A DNA stretch of 64,000 bases from Myxococcales bacterium (GTDB taxonomy: Bacteria; Myxococcota_A; Polyangia; Polyangiales; DASUME01). The notes beneath the pieces are model-generated. The model ran no database searches and had not been told where the DNA came from. It saw nothing but the letters and a program-made list of their open reading frames with translations. A program made the position numbers and the translations under genes. The DNA lies in NCBI GenBank assembly GCA_047601445.1, contig JASGJH010000001.1, positions 2,112,001-2,176,000 on the forward strand. Direction: 5' to 3'. Positions 28,916 through 37,316 of this stretch are shown here, one piece after another (the stretch's first letter is position 1; the number at the start of each line of letters is the position of its first letter).

Positions 28916-30340
28916 CTACTCACCGACGACGGACGCTCTAGCAACATCGAGGGCCAAACTCTGCTTCTGCTGCTCGGTGCGTTCGAGCGCTTTCAGCAGT
29001 TGCTCCACGACGGTGCGCAGAAGCTTGTCGAGCTCACCTTCGACGCAAGCAAAGCGCTGTCTCTCGAACTCGAGCCGATAGGAACGCGACGCGGTGCTAA
29101 TCAGGAACGCCGTCCACGCCGCTCCACCAAGCTCCTCGACCGCCATGCGTCCGCCAGGCCCAGCGAGCACGGTGAGGCGCTGGACAGGGCCTAGCAGCTC
29201 GAGCGCCTGACTGATCTCGCTCTCGTCACTCGCGGCAGCTAGCGCGGTGTGTGCCGCCTGAACGCGCCGACGCAGGGACTTGCGGTCCCGCTCCTCCGGT
29301 GAATCCATCAATCCGGCGCTGCGAACCAGCAGGAACAAGCTGCCGCCCCCCAGCATCAGAAGGACACCCAGTTCGAGCGAACGATCGAACGCCACCGCCA
29401 CGGCAGCCAGGGCCAGCACGATGGAGCCCCCGTACAGCAGAAGCACGACGCGACGGTGGGTAAGCCCAAGGTCCAACAGGCGATGGTGAATGTGGCCCCG
29501 GTCCGCGGCGAAGATGGACTGCCGCGCGAGCGCACGCCGGATCATGGCCAGCATCGTGTCGAAGATCGGCACGCCGAGGGCCATCATCGGAGCGAGAATG
29601 GCCACGGCAGTGGAGCTCTTGGTGGTCGCTCCCTTGAGGGACGTCGCCGCCAACACGAAGCCCAAAAACATGCTCCCGGAATCCCCCATGAAGATGCGGG
29701 CCGGGTTGAAGTTGTAGCGAAGGAAACCGAACAGCGCGCCGGCCAGGCTCGCTGAGAGCATGGCGATGACGTGGTGGCCGCCGAAGTACGAGATGGCGAA
29801 GTTCGACAAGCTCGCGAAGAGCGCGATGCCAGCGGCCAAACCGTCGAGCCCATCGATGAGGTTGAGCGCGTTGATGATGCCCAGGAACCAGAACAGCGTC
29901 ACCACGTAGGTGACGGGCCCCATCTGAAGCGACCCGAGCAAGGGCAGATCAATCGCTTCGATGCGGTAGCCCAGAGCGTAGGCCACCGTCGCGGCCGTCG
30001 CCTGAGCCAAGAGCTTCGGCCAAGCGCCGAGGCCCTTCGCGTCATCCCAAGCCCCTACGAAGACCACGACGCACGCGCCGAGCACGAGACCGAGGATGTC
30101 GCCGGGACTTCTCTCGAGAGCCCCCATCGCCTCGGTTCCCCACAGGGCGAGGCCGGCAAGAGGGGCGAAGAATCCGACGAACAGAGCGACACCACCAAGT
30201 CGCGGCGTGACCTTGGTGTGCACGCGGCGCCCGCCTGGAGCGTCCACCACGCCATGCCTCAAAGCCCAGGCTCGCACCAGCGGCGTCGTGACCAACGTCA
30301 CGAGGCAAGACACGAGCAACGCAGTGAGAGCGCTCAGCAA
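28916..30340 (-). CDS. wecA: Undecaprenyl-phosphate N-acetylhexosamine-1-phosphate transferase (WecA/MraY family) with C-terminal extension
   Basis: DAPGGRRVH, TPRLGG, GAWDD, NALNLIDGLDGLA, IFMGDSGS, ADRGHIHHRLL. Confidence 0.9.
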   Translation of the reverse strand: MLSALTALLVSCLVTLVTTPLVRAWALRHGVVDAPGGRRVHTKVTPRLGGVALFVGFFAPLAGLALWGTEAMGALERSPGDILGLVLGACVVVFVGAWDDAKGLGAWPKLLAQATAATVAYALGYRIEAIDLPLLGSLQMGPVTYVVTLFWFLGIINALNLIDGLDGLAAGIALFASLSNFAISYFGGHHVIAMLSASLAGALFGFLRYNFNPARIFMGDSGSMFLGFVLAATSLKGATTKSSTAVAILAPMMALGVPIFDTMLAMIRRALARQSIFAADRGHIHHRLLDLGLTHRRVVLLLYGGSIVLALAAVAVAFDRSLELGVLLMLGGGSLFLLVRSAGLMDSPEERDRKSLRRRVQAAHTALAAASDESEISQALELLGPVQRLTVLAGPGGRMAVEELGGAAWTAFLISTASRSYRLEFERQRFACVEGELDKLLRTVVEQLLKALERTEQQKQSLALDVARASVVGE

Positions 30341-30475
30341 ATCGTGGCCCCCCTACGGCCCTGCACGGCAACTACCTTAGCGGACGGCCGCGGGGCGAAC
30401 AATCCACGACAGGTGCCATTGTTCTGTGAGTTGCGCCTGGGGTGCCGAATGTTCAACCCCGCAACATTTCCGAAA

Positions 30476-31078
30476 CTAGAACACTCGTTCGGGCACGAAG
30501 ACGATGTCGCCTGCTCTGAGTGGAAAGTCTTCAGCGTTGCCACGAGTGATCTCGGTAACCGGAATACGGTATTTCTCCAGCTTCCCATTGAGGCGTCTCG
30601 TAACAACTGTGTCGTCTTTGCTAGCCAACGGTGTGAATCCGCCCGAATTGCTCACTGCCTGGACCACGGTCAACCCAGGCACGATGACTTGCGTACCAGG
30701 TTTGCCCACGGCGCCTAGGACGCTGATCCGTTTGGAGTTCGACTGCTCAACGAAGACCGAGACAGACGGGTTGAGCAGGTACTGCCCGTTCTTGAGTCCG
30801 TCACGGATCGCGTTGGCCACCTCGACGGCTTCTTTGCCCGCGACGGTGATGTTGCCCAGGAACGGATAGTTGATCGTGCCGTCTGGTCCTACCTGGTACT
30901 TGCCAGTGAGGTCCTTTTCGCCGAAGACGCGCACCTCGAACACGTCACCCGAGCCGAGCGTGGTGTCCTCCTCCGGAGCCTGAACTGGAGGGGCCGACGC
31001 ACCGCTGTGCGCGCAGGCGTACAGCATCAGCGCGCTCATGAACAGCAGCAGCGCAGCTCGCAGATTCCTGCACATCAT
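30476..31078 (-). CDS. wza: Short OPX/Wza polysaccharide export lipoprotein (Poly_export plus one SLBB domain, no C-terminal OM helix)
   Basis: Lipobox-like LYAC, LGSGDVFEVRVFGE, VGPDGTINYPFLG, VLGAVGKPG, ends LRAGDIVFVPERVF at 200 aa. Confidence 0.88.
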   Translation of the reverse strand: MMCRNLRAALLLFMSALMLYACAHSGASAPPVQAPEEDTTLGSGDVFEVRVFGEKDLTGKYQVGPDGTINYPFLGNITVAGKEAVEVANAIRDGLKNGQYLLNPSVSVFVEQSNSKRISVLGAVGKPGTQVIVPGLTVVQAVSNSGGFTPLASKDDTVVTRRLNGKLEKYRIPVTEITRGNAEDFPLRAGDIVFVPERVF

Positions 31079-31103
31079 TTAGGGGGCTCTCCGGCTCTCG
31101 CGC

Positions 31104-32549
31104 TCAGTAGCTGGCGCGGACGCCGCCGTACAGCTGGAAGTCCAGGAAGCGCGCGGGATCCGGAACAGGTACGCCGCCCGTCGTCGTAGCGACCGACGCG
31201 TACTTGAAATTCGTCAGGTTGGCGAAGGTGGTGAAGTCGGCCATCAGTGCCAGCCAGTTGGTGATGCGGTACTCGGAGCGTACGGCGCCGTCGATGCGGA
31301 CGTCCTTACGCACGGTGTCCCCATTCTCGCCAAGTGCTTCGACACATGCCGTCGTTCCGGGCTGCGGCGGGCACGTCGTGCCCGTGGGCGCAAGCCTGAG
31401 CGCACGTCCGTACGTGGCGTAACCGCCGCCGCCTTCGAGGGCGAGCATGAAGACGCGGGCAAACAGGAACTTCACGCGGGCGAAGCCGCGATCGACACGC
31501 ATCCAGCCGCCGACGTAGGAAGGCGTGACGTTGCCGATGTAGCCAACGTCGAACTGATTCGCTACGCCGAAGCGGTAGCCGAGCACGGCCTCGCCGACGG
31601 CATTTTCGTAGTCGCTCATGTACGAGTTGGTCAACAGCATGGCGCCGTAACCAGCCATCAAGCGGAGCGAGATTTTCTGGGTGAGTGCACCGTTGATGCC
31701 CAGGCGGGTGACCAGGCGCTTGCCGTTCGAGACGAGGACAGCGGTCTCCGAAGGATCGAAGCTGCCGACTTCCTGAAAGTAGTTGTGGAGGTCGAGCTCG
31801 CCGTCGAACAAGAGCGCGGTGTGCGGTAGGAACTTCCACGCCGAACCCACCTGCATGGCGTGGTTGGCGTTGTTGAGGTTCTTGAAGCCCGTGGCATCCT
31901 TCTCGTAGTAGGTGATGACGGGCGCGTACGCGAGGTACGAGGTCAACACGCGGGACTTCGAGCCCACGTTCAAGCGCGCGGTGGGCGTAAAGAAGCTCGC
32001 AGCGTAGTTGCCGATGGGCGTGCGCTCAGTGAACGGCTGCACGGTGCGCTGGTAACCCATGCCCAGGTCCAAGCTCACGGGACGGAGCGGGAGAATCTTG
32101 AGCAGCGAGTCGAAGTCGACGCCGATGTTCACGCCGTTGGGCTGCGCGACGTCCTTGAAGTACTGGAAGTACGTGCCAGCGACGCCCGTAGAAAAGGCGA
32201 TCTTCGGCAGGGTCTCTCCAGCAGCCGCAGCGTTCTCGCCCTCTTGGAGGCGGAGCTTGCCAAGGGTGGAGAGATTCAGGTGCGGGGTAACCGCCAACAA
32301 ACCGGAGCTGACGCGCGGCGTCTGCTCATGTCCATCCGAGCGGAAAACGTTGGAATCCCAACCTGCTCGAACCGCAATGCCTGGATGGATTTCCAAATCG
32401 CCGACACGGATACCTGGGCCTTCCGTGTATTTGCGATCTGGCAACCAAGCCTGAGCGTTGGCCTTCGAACACAGGCTGCCCGCACATACAAGTGTGCTTA
32501 GGACGAAGGCAGTCGTCCGCATTAAGTGGGTCACACTGGTTCGCTTCAT
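31104..32549 (-). CDS. Outer-membrane beta-barrel protein, probable EpsX/Wzp-like polysaccharide porin
   Basis: Signal peptide, GWDSNVFR motif, many amphipathic beta strands, terminal strand LYGGVRASY ending in an aromatic residue; immediately upstream of short OPX. Confidence 0.75.
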   Translation of the reverse strand: MKRTSVTHLMRTTAFVLSTLVCAGSLCSKANAQAWLPDRKYTEGPGIRVGDLEIHPGIAVRAGWDSNVFRSDGHEQTPRVSSGLLAVTPHLNLSTLGKLRLQEGENAAAAGETLPKIAFSTGVAGTYFQYFKDVAQPNGVNIGVDFDSLLKILPLRPVSLDLGMGYQRTVQPFTERTPIGNYAASFFTPTARLNVGSKSRVLTSYLAYAPVITYYEKDATGFKNLNNANHAMQVGSAWKFLPHTALLFDGELDLHNYFQEVGSFDPSETAVLVSNGKRLVTRLGINGALTQKISLRLMAGYGAMLLTNSYMSDYENAVGEAVLGYRFGVANQFDVGYIGNVTPSYVGGWMRVDRGFARVKFLFARVFMLALEGGGGYATYGRALRLAPTGTTCPPQPGTTACVEALGENGDTVRKDVRIDGAVRSEYRITNWLALMADFTTFANLTNFKYASVATTTGGVPVPDPARFLDFQLYGGVRASY

Positions 32550-32628
32550 TTCCCCGGAGTCTCCGTGGGGGCCGGAAACTTATCCCCCGATGCTGAGTAG
32601 CTAGGCAGCGTTGTGCTGCGAGGGAAGA

Positions 32629-33207
32629 TCAGGACGCCGGACTAACGGCCGCCGGCGGCACCGTGAAGACGGGCGGCGCGGTGGGCGTGGGCGTCAGCTC
32701 GGTCGGATCGACGACGGGCGTGTTCGGGGCGATCGTGGTGATGACCTGCGATGCACCCGGCTCGAACAACGACTGGCCCAGACACTGCCCCGCTTCACGC
32801 TGCAGCGTATCGAGCTTCTGCGAGAGCACCGAGAGAACCGTGAACTCGTGATTGCCACGGTTGGTGTCGCCGCCGTTGCGCGCATCCTTGAGGGCGCGCG
32901 AACGCTGCTCGACGTTGCGAGCATTGGCGTTCACCTCGGTGAGCTTCCGGTTCACGCAATTGGCTCGCATGATGTCTTTGTCGGTCCGGGCCTCGTCGAG
33001 CATCTTGGCGAGTCGATCCGCCAATGCTGCGGCGCGTCGCTGGATGGCATCGGCCTGCGAGATCTGCTGGTCTGCAGTAAGCGCAGCCTTCGTCTCGACC
33101 TGAAGCTCCGGCTGCGCCGTGCCCTGCGTGAAGGCCGGTCCGGTAACCGAAAGGCCGGCTACAAAGGCCAACGTCGCACTGGTGTATCCGAACCAACGTG
33201 TTCGCAT
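32629..33207 (-). CDS. Secreted alpha-helical protein of unknown function with two Cys
   Basis: Signal peptide from ATG 33207 (SD GAGGG), heptad-like helices, ANCVNRKL and GQCLGQ, Pro/Thr-rich tail. Confidence 0.8.
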   Translation of the reverse strand: MRTRWFGYTSATLAFVAGLSVTGPAFTQGTAQPELQVETKAALTADQQISQADAIQRRAAALADRLAKMLDEARTDKDIMRANCVNRKLTEVNANARNVEQRSRALKDARNGGDTNRGNHEFTVLSVLSQKLDTLQREAGQCLGQSLFEPGASQVITTIAPNTPVVDPTELTPTPTAPPVFTVPPAAVSPAS

Positions 33208-33230
33208 GGTACCCTCGTGTCCCCAGCGGC

Positions 33231-33258
33231 AGTATATCGAGCGTGCCTGGGGTGTCAA
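33231..33258 (-). promoter_or_regulatory. Sigma-70-type promoter TTGACA-N16-TATACT for the secreted protein/beta-barrel/OPX unit
   Basis: Perfect -35 and 5/6 -10, ending 24 nt upstream of ATG 33207. Confidence 0.7.
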
Positions 33259-33428
33259 CGCTCACGCATTACGAAACAGCTCGTGCCTTTTACGGAATTC
33301 GTCGATGTGTTCGACGCTCTCTTTAGGTTGCCGGGTCCTGCCTCCACATTCAGTGTGAACGGTGAGTCCGGGCGGTTTCGGTACCCAAAAAATGGGTTTT
33401 TCCGGACGAATCGGGTACGAACAACCAC

Positions 33429-33640
33429 ATGATCGGCTGGCTATTGCGGGCCACGTGCGCAACTGTGCTGCTGGGGGCCCTCGGGTACTTGGTGGTGGCT
33501 GTTCCGCTCGGTCGACGCACCCTTTTCGAACACGGCGTGCAGATCTCGCGCACCGAACCGGCCCAGAATTGGCCGCCGATGTGAAGCAGGCCGCCGAAAC
33601 GGCCGTGGGGCGCGTCAAAGAAGCAGTGGCCGAACGCTAA
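33429..33640 (+). pseudogene. Small single-TM protein split by an apparent 1-nt deletion near 33566 (pseudogene or sequencing error)
   Basis: ATG 33429 gives MIGWLLRATCATVLLGALGYLVVAVPLGRRTLFEHGVQISRTEPAQ then stops at 33584; the -1 frame continues ELAADVKQAAETAVGRVKEAVAER to TAA 33640. Confidence 0.6.
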
Positions 33641-33647
33641 ACGGCGA

Positions 33648-34733
33648 TTACTTCGAAGTGTTGGGTCGCTCGCGCACACGGATGTAGGCCTCAGCAACGT
33701 CTTTCCTCGTGAGTCTCACGCCCTTGGCTGCGAGAGCGTCCAGCACGATCTGGACGACGTCGTGCCACGTCGGCGGATCCTCGATACCGGCGTCGGCGCT
33801 GGCAGCGCGGATGGCGCGCACGACTTGCCGCACCTCCAGGATTTCCTGAGCGAAGCGCTTACTGCGGCTGTTCGGGATGGCGACCTGAGTGCCGTCGAGC
33901 AACGTCAGGGTGCGCGGGGCCCGCGTGGGGGGCTTGGAGGGGGTCTCGTACTCCTCCAGCGGAACCATGGGCTCGGAGCCGGCAGGGATCATGCTCGGGA
34001 TCGGCAGGGGCGGCGGCACCGAAGGACGCGGAGGGACTGGCGAGCCCGCAGCAGCTCCCGTGGCAGCAGTCGCAGGAGCCGCGGGCGAGGGGTCGACACG
34101 AGGTGCGGGAGGCGCTTCGATACGCGGAGCGGGCGGCGGTACCGAATTGGGTGCGGGGGGCGGCTGAGCCTTGAGCCGCGTGGCCGTCGCGTGACTCACC
34201 GGATGCAACGATTCGGCCGCTCTCTCGAGCACTTCGCGCAGCCCACCCCCTGCCGCAATGGTGGGCGCTGGCAGCTCGGCAAAGTAGTGACGATCGATCG
34301 CGCGACGAATGTCGCTCGGCGCCGCGATCATCGCGCGCACCGGCAGCCCCGAGCACTGAGAGACGAGCTGCAGCGCCCTTTCGTCGGTGGGATCTTCGGT
34401 CGCGATGTAGAGGGTATCGCCCTGGTCGCGGACGCTGCGGATGTAGATCGGCATCAGCGAGTAGCGCTCCGCGAGCTCGGCGCTGACGCGCGCCAGCAGC
34501 TCGCGGGAGAACTCGATGCGCTCGAGCGAAACCCACGGAATGCTGAGCTGGTTGGAGAGCGTCTGAGCGAGCTGAAGCTCGGATACGTGCCCGAGGGAGA
34601 CGAGCTGCTTACCGAGACGCGCGCCCGAGCTGCGCTGCGCCCGCAGCGCCTCCTCCACTTGGGCAGGCGTAACGAGCCCGGCGGCGATCAACATGTCGCC
34701 TATGCGCTCGCGGTATGCCTTGGCCTGCGACAT
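33648..34733 (-). CDS. Stand-alone MshEN/GSPII-N domain protein (candidate c-di-GMP receptor), no ATPase domain
   Basis: Tandem RIGDMLIAAGLVTPAQVEEALRAQ / RLGKQLVSLGHVSELQLAQTLSNQ motifs, then GspE-N fold motif ATEDP, Pro-rich linker, small C-terminal domain. Confidence 0.85.
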   Translation of the reverse strand: MSQAKAYRERIGDMLIAAGLVTPAQVEEALRAQRSSGARLGKQLVSLGHVSELQLAQTLSNQLSIPWVSLERIEFSRELLARVSAELAERYSLMPIYIRSVRDQGDTLYIATEDPTDERALQLVSQCSGLPVRAMIAAPSDIRRAIDRHYFAELPAPTIAAGGGLREVLERAAESLHPVSHATATRLKAQPPPAPNSVPPPAPRIEAPPAPRVDPSPAAPATAATGAAAGSPVPPRPSVPPPLPIPSMIPAGSEPMVPLEEYETPSKPPTRAPRTLTLLDGTQVAIPNSRSKRFAQEILEVRQVVRAIRAASADAGIEDPPTWHDVVQIVLDALAAKGVRLTRKDVAEAYIRVRERPNTSK

Positions 34734-34755
34734 GCGACGGCAATTCTAACCCGAC

Positions 34756-34800
34756 TGGCAGGCAACCCGACTCGAGTTTTATCCCGAGTCGGCACTGCCA
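34756..34800. terminator. Intergenic stem-loop after the GltG-like gene
   Basis: CCGACTCG-N10-CGAGTCGG flanked by TGGCAG/CTGCCA; no clear U-tract. Confidence 0.35.
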
Positions 34801-36276
34801 TCAGTTCTGCGGAGCGAAGACGAAGGGATAGGAGTAGGAGACGCTGCCACCGTCAGGACCCGGGTTGAAGCGGAAGCGCTTCACCGTATCGACGACGCAG
34901 GAGGCGACGGCCGGATCGTTGGTGGTGTTGGCGGTGGCGACTGCCTTCGACACGGTACCGCTCTGCTCGATGGTGAACTCCACCGTGACCTTGCCCTGGA
35001 GGCCCGGGTTGCGACGGAGCTGCTGCTCGTAGCAGATCTGGATGGCACGCAGGCGCTTCTTCACCTCGGCCGTCACGAGCTTCGAGTCGAACTCACCCGA
35101 GCCGCCGATGTCGTCGCCGCCGTCCATCTTGATGTTGCCCTTGATGGGCTTGCCCTCGGTGATGGCGCCGCCCTCACCGACTCCGCCCTTACCGCCGACA
35201 GCGCCGAGGCTGCCGAGGTCGCCGACCTTGCCGCCGCCGCCGCCACCGCTGCGCATCTTCACCGCGCCCGCCGAGCCGTTGGCGATGCCGACACCGGCAG
35301 CCTGGGCCAACACGTCCGCCGCGTTGCCGGTAACCGCGCCACCTGCGAGCACGTCGGCCAGAGCGCCACCGCCCTCGGTGCTCAACGCGCCGAGCAGCAA
35401 GGCTTCCGCTGCTGCGGCCGCTTCTTCGGCGATCGCCGCGCTCTTCTCCGCGACCTCGCCCGCGTTGTCGGCCTGGTCACCAGGCTTGGGCGGTGCGCTA
35501 TCGCCCGCATTCTTCTCGGGCTGCTTGCTCGGAGCAGGCTGCTCCGCCACGGCTTCTTCCGCGGGGCCTTCGTCCGCCACGGGCTCCGGTTCGGGCTCGG
35601 GCTCCTCGATCATGATCAGATCGATGTACTGCTTCGGGATGACGCCGAGGCCTTGATCGATGGGCCAGTCCGCGTTCTCCAAGTACACGACAAGGCCGAA
35701 GTGCCCCATGAAGGAGAACAGCACGAACGCCGTGAACATCCAGTCGATGCTCTTGGCGAAGCCGCCGCGGGCAGCGGCCGGCAGCTGCGGGCGGGGCTGC
35801 ACCGGAGGCGGCGTGACGAACTGGAAGAGCAGCGTGACGTCGCCGATGACGACCTTGCCGCGCGAGCTGTCGTTGAGCTTGACCTGCCAGTGCGTGCCTG
35901 CATTTCGGGCCGCACCGGAAGTACGCAGCTGCTCGAGCGTCTGCACACCTGCCGGTAGGCCAACGCGGCCCGACATCGACTCGGTGAAATTGAGGATGTA
36001 GTCGTTGCCGACCAGCTGAAAGAGCTCGAAGCGCGGCGCAACACCGGCGGCGTTGAGCACGAAGTGATTGCGCTCCGAGCTGCCGACCGTGACCGTCTCG
36101 CGCTTTCGAACGATGCGCTCTTCGACGATCTTTCCACCCTGGATCACGCCGATGCGCAAAACCTTCGGGCCGACAGGCTTGATGTTCACGGCCTGCATGG
36201 CCATGGTCATCGCGCCCGGGCGTCCCCCCGGTGCCTTCGGCTGTGCCCCCTGCCCCGTGCCTTCGTTTTGGCTCAT
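34801..36276 (-). CDS. GltG/PglI-like protein: N-terminal beta domain, one TM, acidic and Gly-rich linker, C-terminal TonB-like (AgmX/PglI) domain
   Basis: TM WMFTAFVLFSFMGHFGLVVYL with conserved His, EPEPEP linker, IQICYEQQLRRNPGLQGKVTVEFTI...CV...RF...YPFVF. Confidence 0.8.
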   Translation of the reverse strand: MSQNEGTGQGAQPKAPGGRPGAMTMAMQAVNIKPVGPKVLRIGVIQGGKIVEERIVRKRETVTVGSSERNHFVLNAAGVAPRFELFQLVGNDYILNFTESMSGRVGLPAGVQTLEQLRTSGAARNAGTHWQVKLNDSSRGKVVIGDVTLLFQFVTPPPVQPRPQLPAAARGGFAKSIDWMFTAFVLFSFMGHFGLVVYLENADWPIDQGLGVIPKQYIDLIMIEEPEPEPEPVADEGPAEEAVAEQPAPSKQPEKNAGDSAPPKPGDQADNAGEVAEKSAAIAEEAAAAAEALLLGALSTEGGGALADVLAGGAVTGNAADVLAQAAGVGIANGSAGAVKMRSGGGGGGKVGDLGSLGAVGGKGGVGEGGAITEGKPIKGNIKMDGGDDIGGSGEFDSKLVTAEVKKRLRAIQICYEQQLRRNPGLQGKVTVEFTIEQSGTVSKAVATANTTNDPAVASCVVDTVKRFRFNPGPDGGSVSYSYPFVFAPQN

Positions 36277-36396
36277 CCGATCACTCCGTGTCGAAGCGCG
36301 CTGGTCCCCGCGCGAGCGAAACCCGAGTTCGTCCGTTTACGGACGCTGGTGCCCCGAAAAAGTTCCGCACCCCTCGAACGCTCCCCGACGCAGGGC

Positions 36397-36426
36397 ACAA
36401 TATCATCGCCGTTCGGCGCTGGTAAA
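36397..36426 (-). promoter_or_regulatory. Possible internal sigma-70-type promoter TTTACC-N18-TATTGT with extended TG
   Basis: In the 171-nt gap upstream of the GltG-like gene; partial consensus only. Confidence 0.3.
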
Positions 36427-36447
36427 GCTTGTCGCATCGAAGGGTTA

Positions 36448-37050
36448 TCACTCACCGCGCCCTCCCCCGCCGGCCAGCTGGTCCGCGGCGTGCTCGGCTA
36501 GCAGGTGGGTGATGTGTGCGGACTGTGCGAGCAGCTGCCCGGCGGCCTTCCGAAAGGCGCCAAGCGCATAGAAACAGAGGGCCGAGGTGCCTACCCCCAG
36601 GGCCATGGATTCGAGCGCATCGGCGAGCGCCATCTGCTGGGCCAACCCAGCCTGGAGGGCGAGCAGCCCCCCTCCTCCCGACAATCCTTGCCGAATGGCC
36701 AGAATGCCGCCCAGGAGCCCTAGGGCCGAAGCAAGCGTTGCACACCCGCGCAGCAGGCCGAGCCGGATTCCTGCGGCATGGCGTAAGTCCACCCGCAGCA
36801 GGTCGGGGTCACGTTCCGGATTTTGGACATCCAGAGTTTCGAGTAGTACTCGGGCCACGAATGACTCGGGAACCTGACGCGCCCAGGCCTGGGCGCTCGC
36901 GGCGTCACCTGCCCGCAGTCGTGCCGCCAGCCACTTCATGGCGTGCTCACTGGTGAGGCTGCGGAAGAACAAGGCCCGTGCGCGTTCCCCGATAACCACC
37001 ATGACTCCGAGCGCAAAGGCGACCTGGCCGAGCTCGAACAGGGGATGCAC
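36448..37050 (-). CDS. Degenerate MotA/TolQ/ExbB-family membrane protein
   Basis: Three hydrophobic segments with ATLASALGLLGGILAI and ALADALESMALGV echoing ExbB/TolQ TM2 and TM3. Confidence 0.6.
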   Translation of the reverse strand: MHPLFELGQVAFALGVMVVIGERARALFFRSLTSEHAMKWLAARLRAGDAASAQAWARQVPESFVARVLLETLDVQNPERDPDLLRVDLRHAAGIRLGLLRGCATLASALGLLGGILAIRQGLSGGGGLLALQAGLAQQMALADALESMALGVGTSALCFYALGAFRKAAGQLLAQSAHITHLLAEHAADQLAGGGGRGE

Positions 37051-37055
37051 GGGTC

Positions 37056-37316
37056 TCAGAAGGGTTCGCGCTGCACACTACGAATGATGTCGCGCAGGAA
37101 ACTGGTGCGAAGGTCGAGCACCTCGTAGCCCAGGTTCGAGCGGTTCAAGATGTAGAAAGCGTTGGGCTTCTGCACGCGGCCCTCGATGGTGATCTCCTCG
37201 AGCTGGATCACCTTGGGCTTGCGCTTGCCGGCTGCGCCGCGATCTTGGGCAGCGACGGAGCTGGACAGGACCAGACCGAGCGCGAAGCTCGTGAGGATCG
37301 TCGTCGTGGCTTTCAT
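37056..37316 (-). CDS. GltF/CglF-like small secreted protein
   Basis: Signal peptide then VIQLEEITIEGRVQKPNAFYILNRS...SF...I..S....PF signature. Confidence 0.8.
   Translation of the reverse strand: MKATTTILTSFALGLVLSSSVAAQDRGAAGKRKPKVIQLEEITIEGRVQKPNAFYILNRSNLGYEVLDLRTSFLRDIIRSVQREPF

Noticed and set aside
30403..30418. Minus-strand TGGCACCTGTCGTGGA upstream of wecA as a sigma-54 promoter
   Set aside because: -12 element is GG rather than GC; too weak to report
33648..34733. Calling the MshEN protein PilB/GspE
   Set aside because: No Walker A/B ATPase domain follows the N-terminal domain
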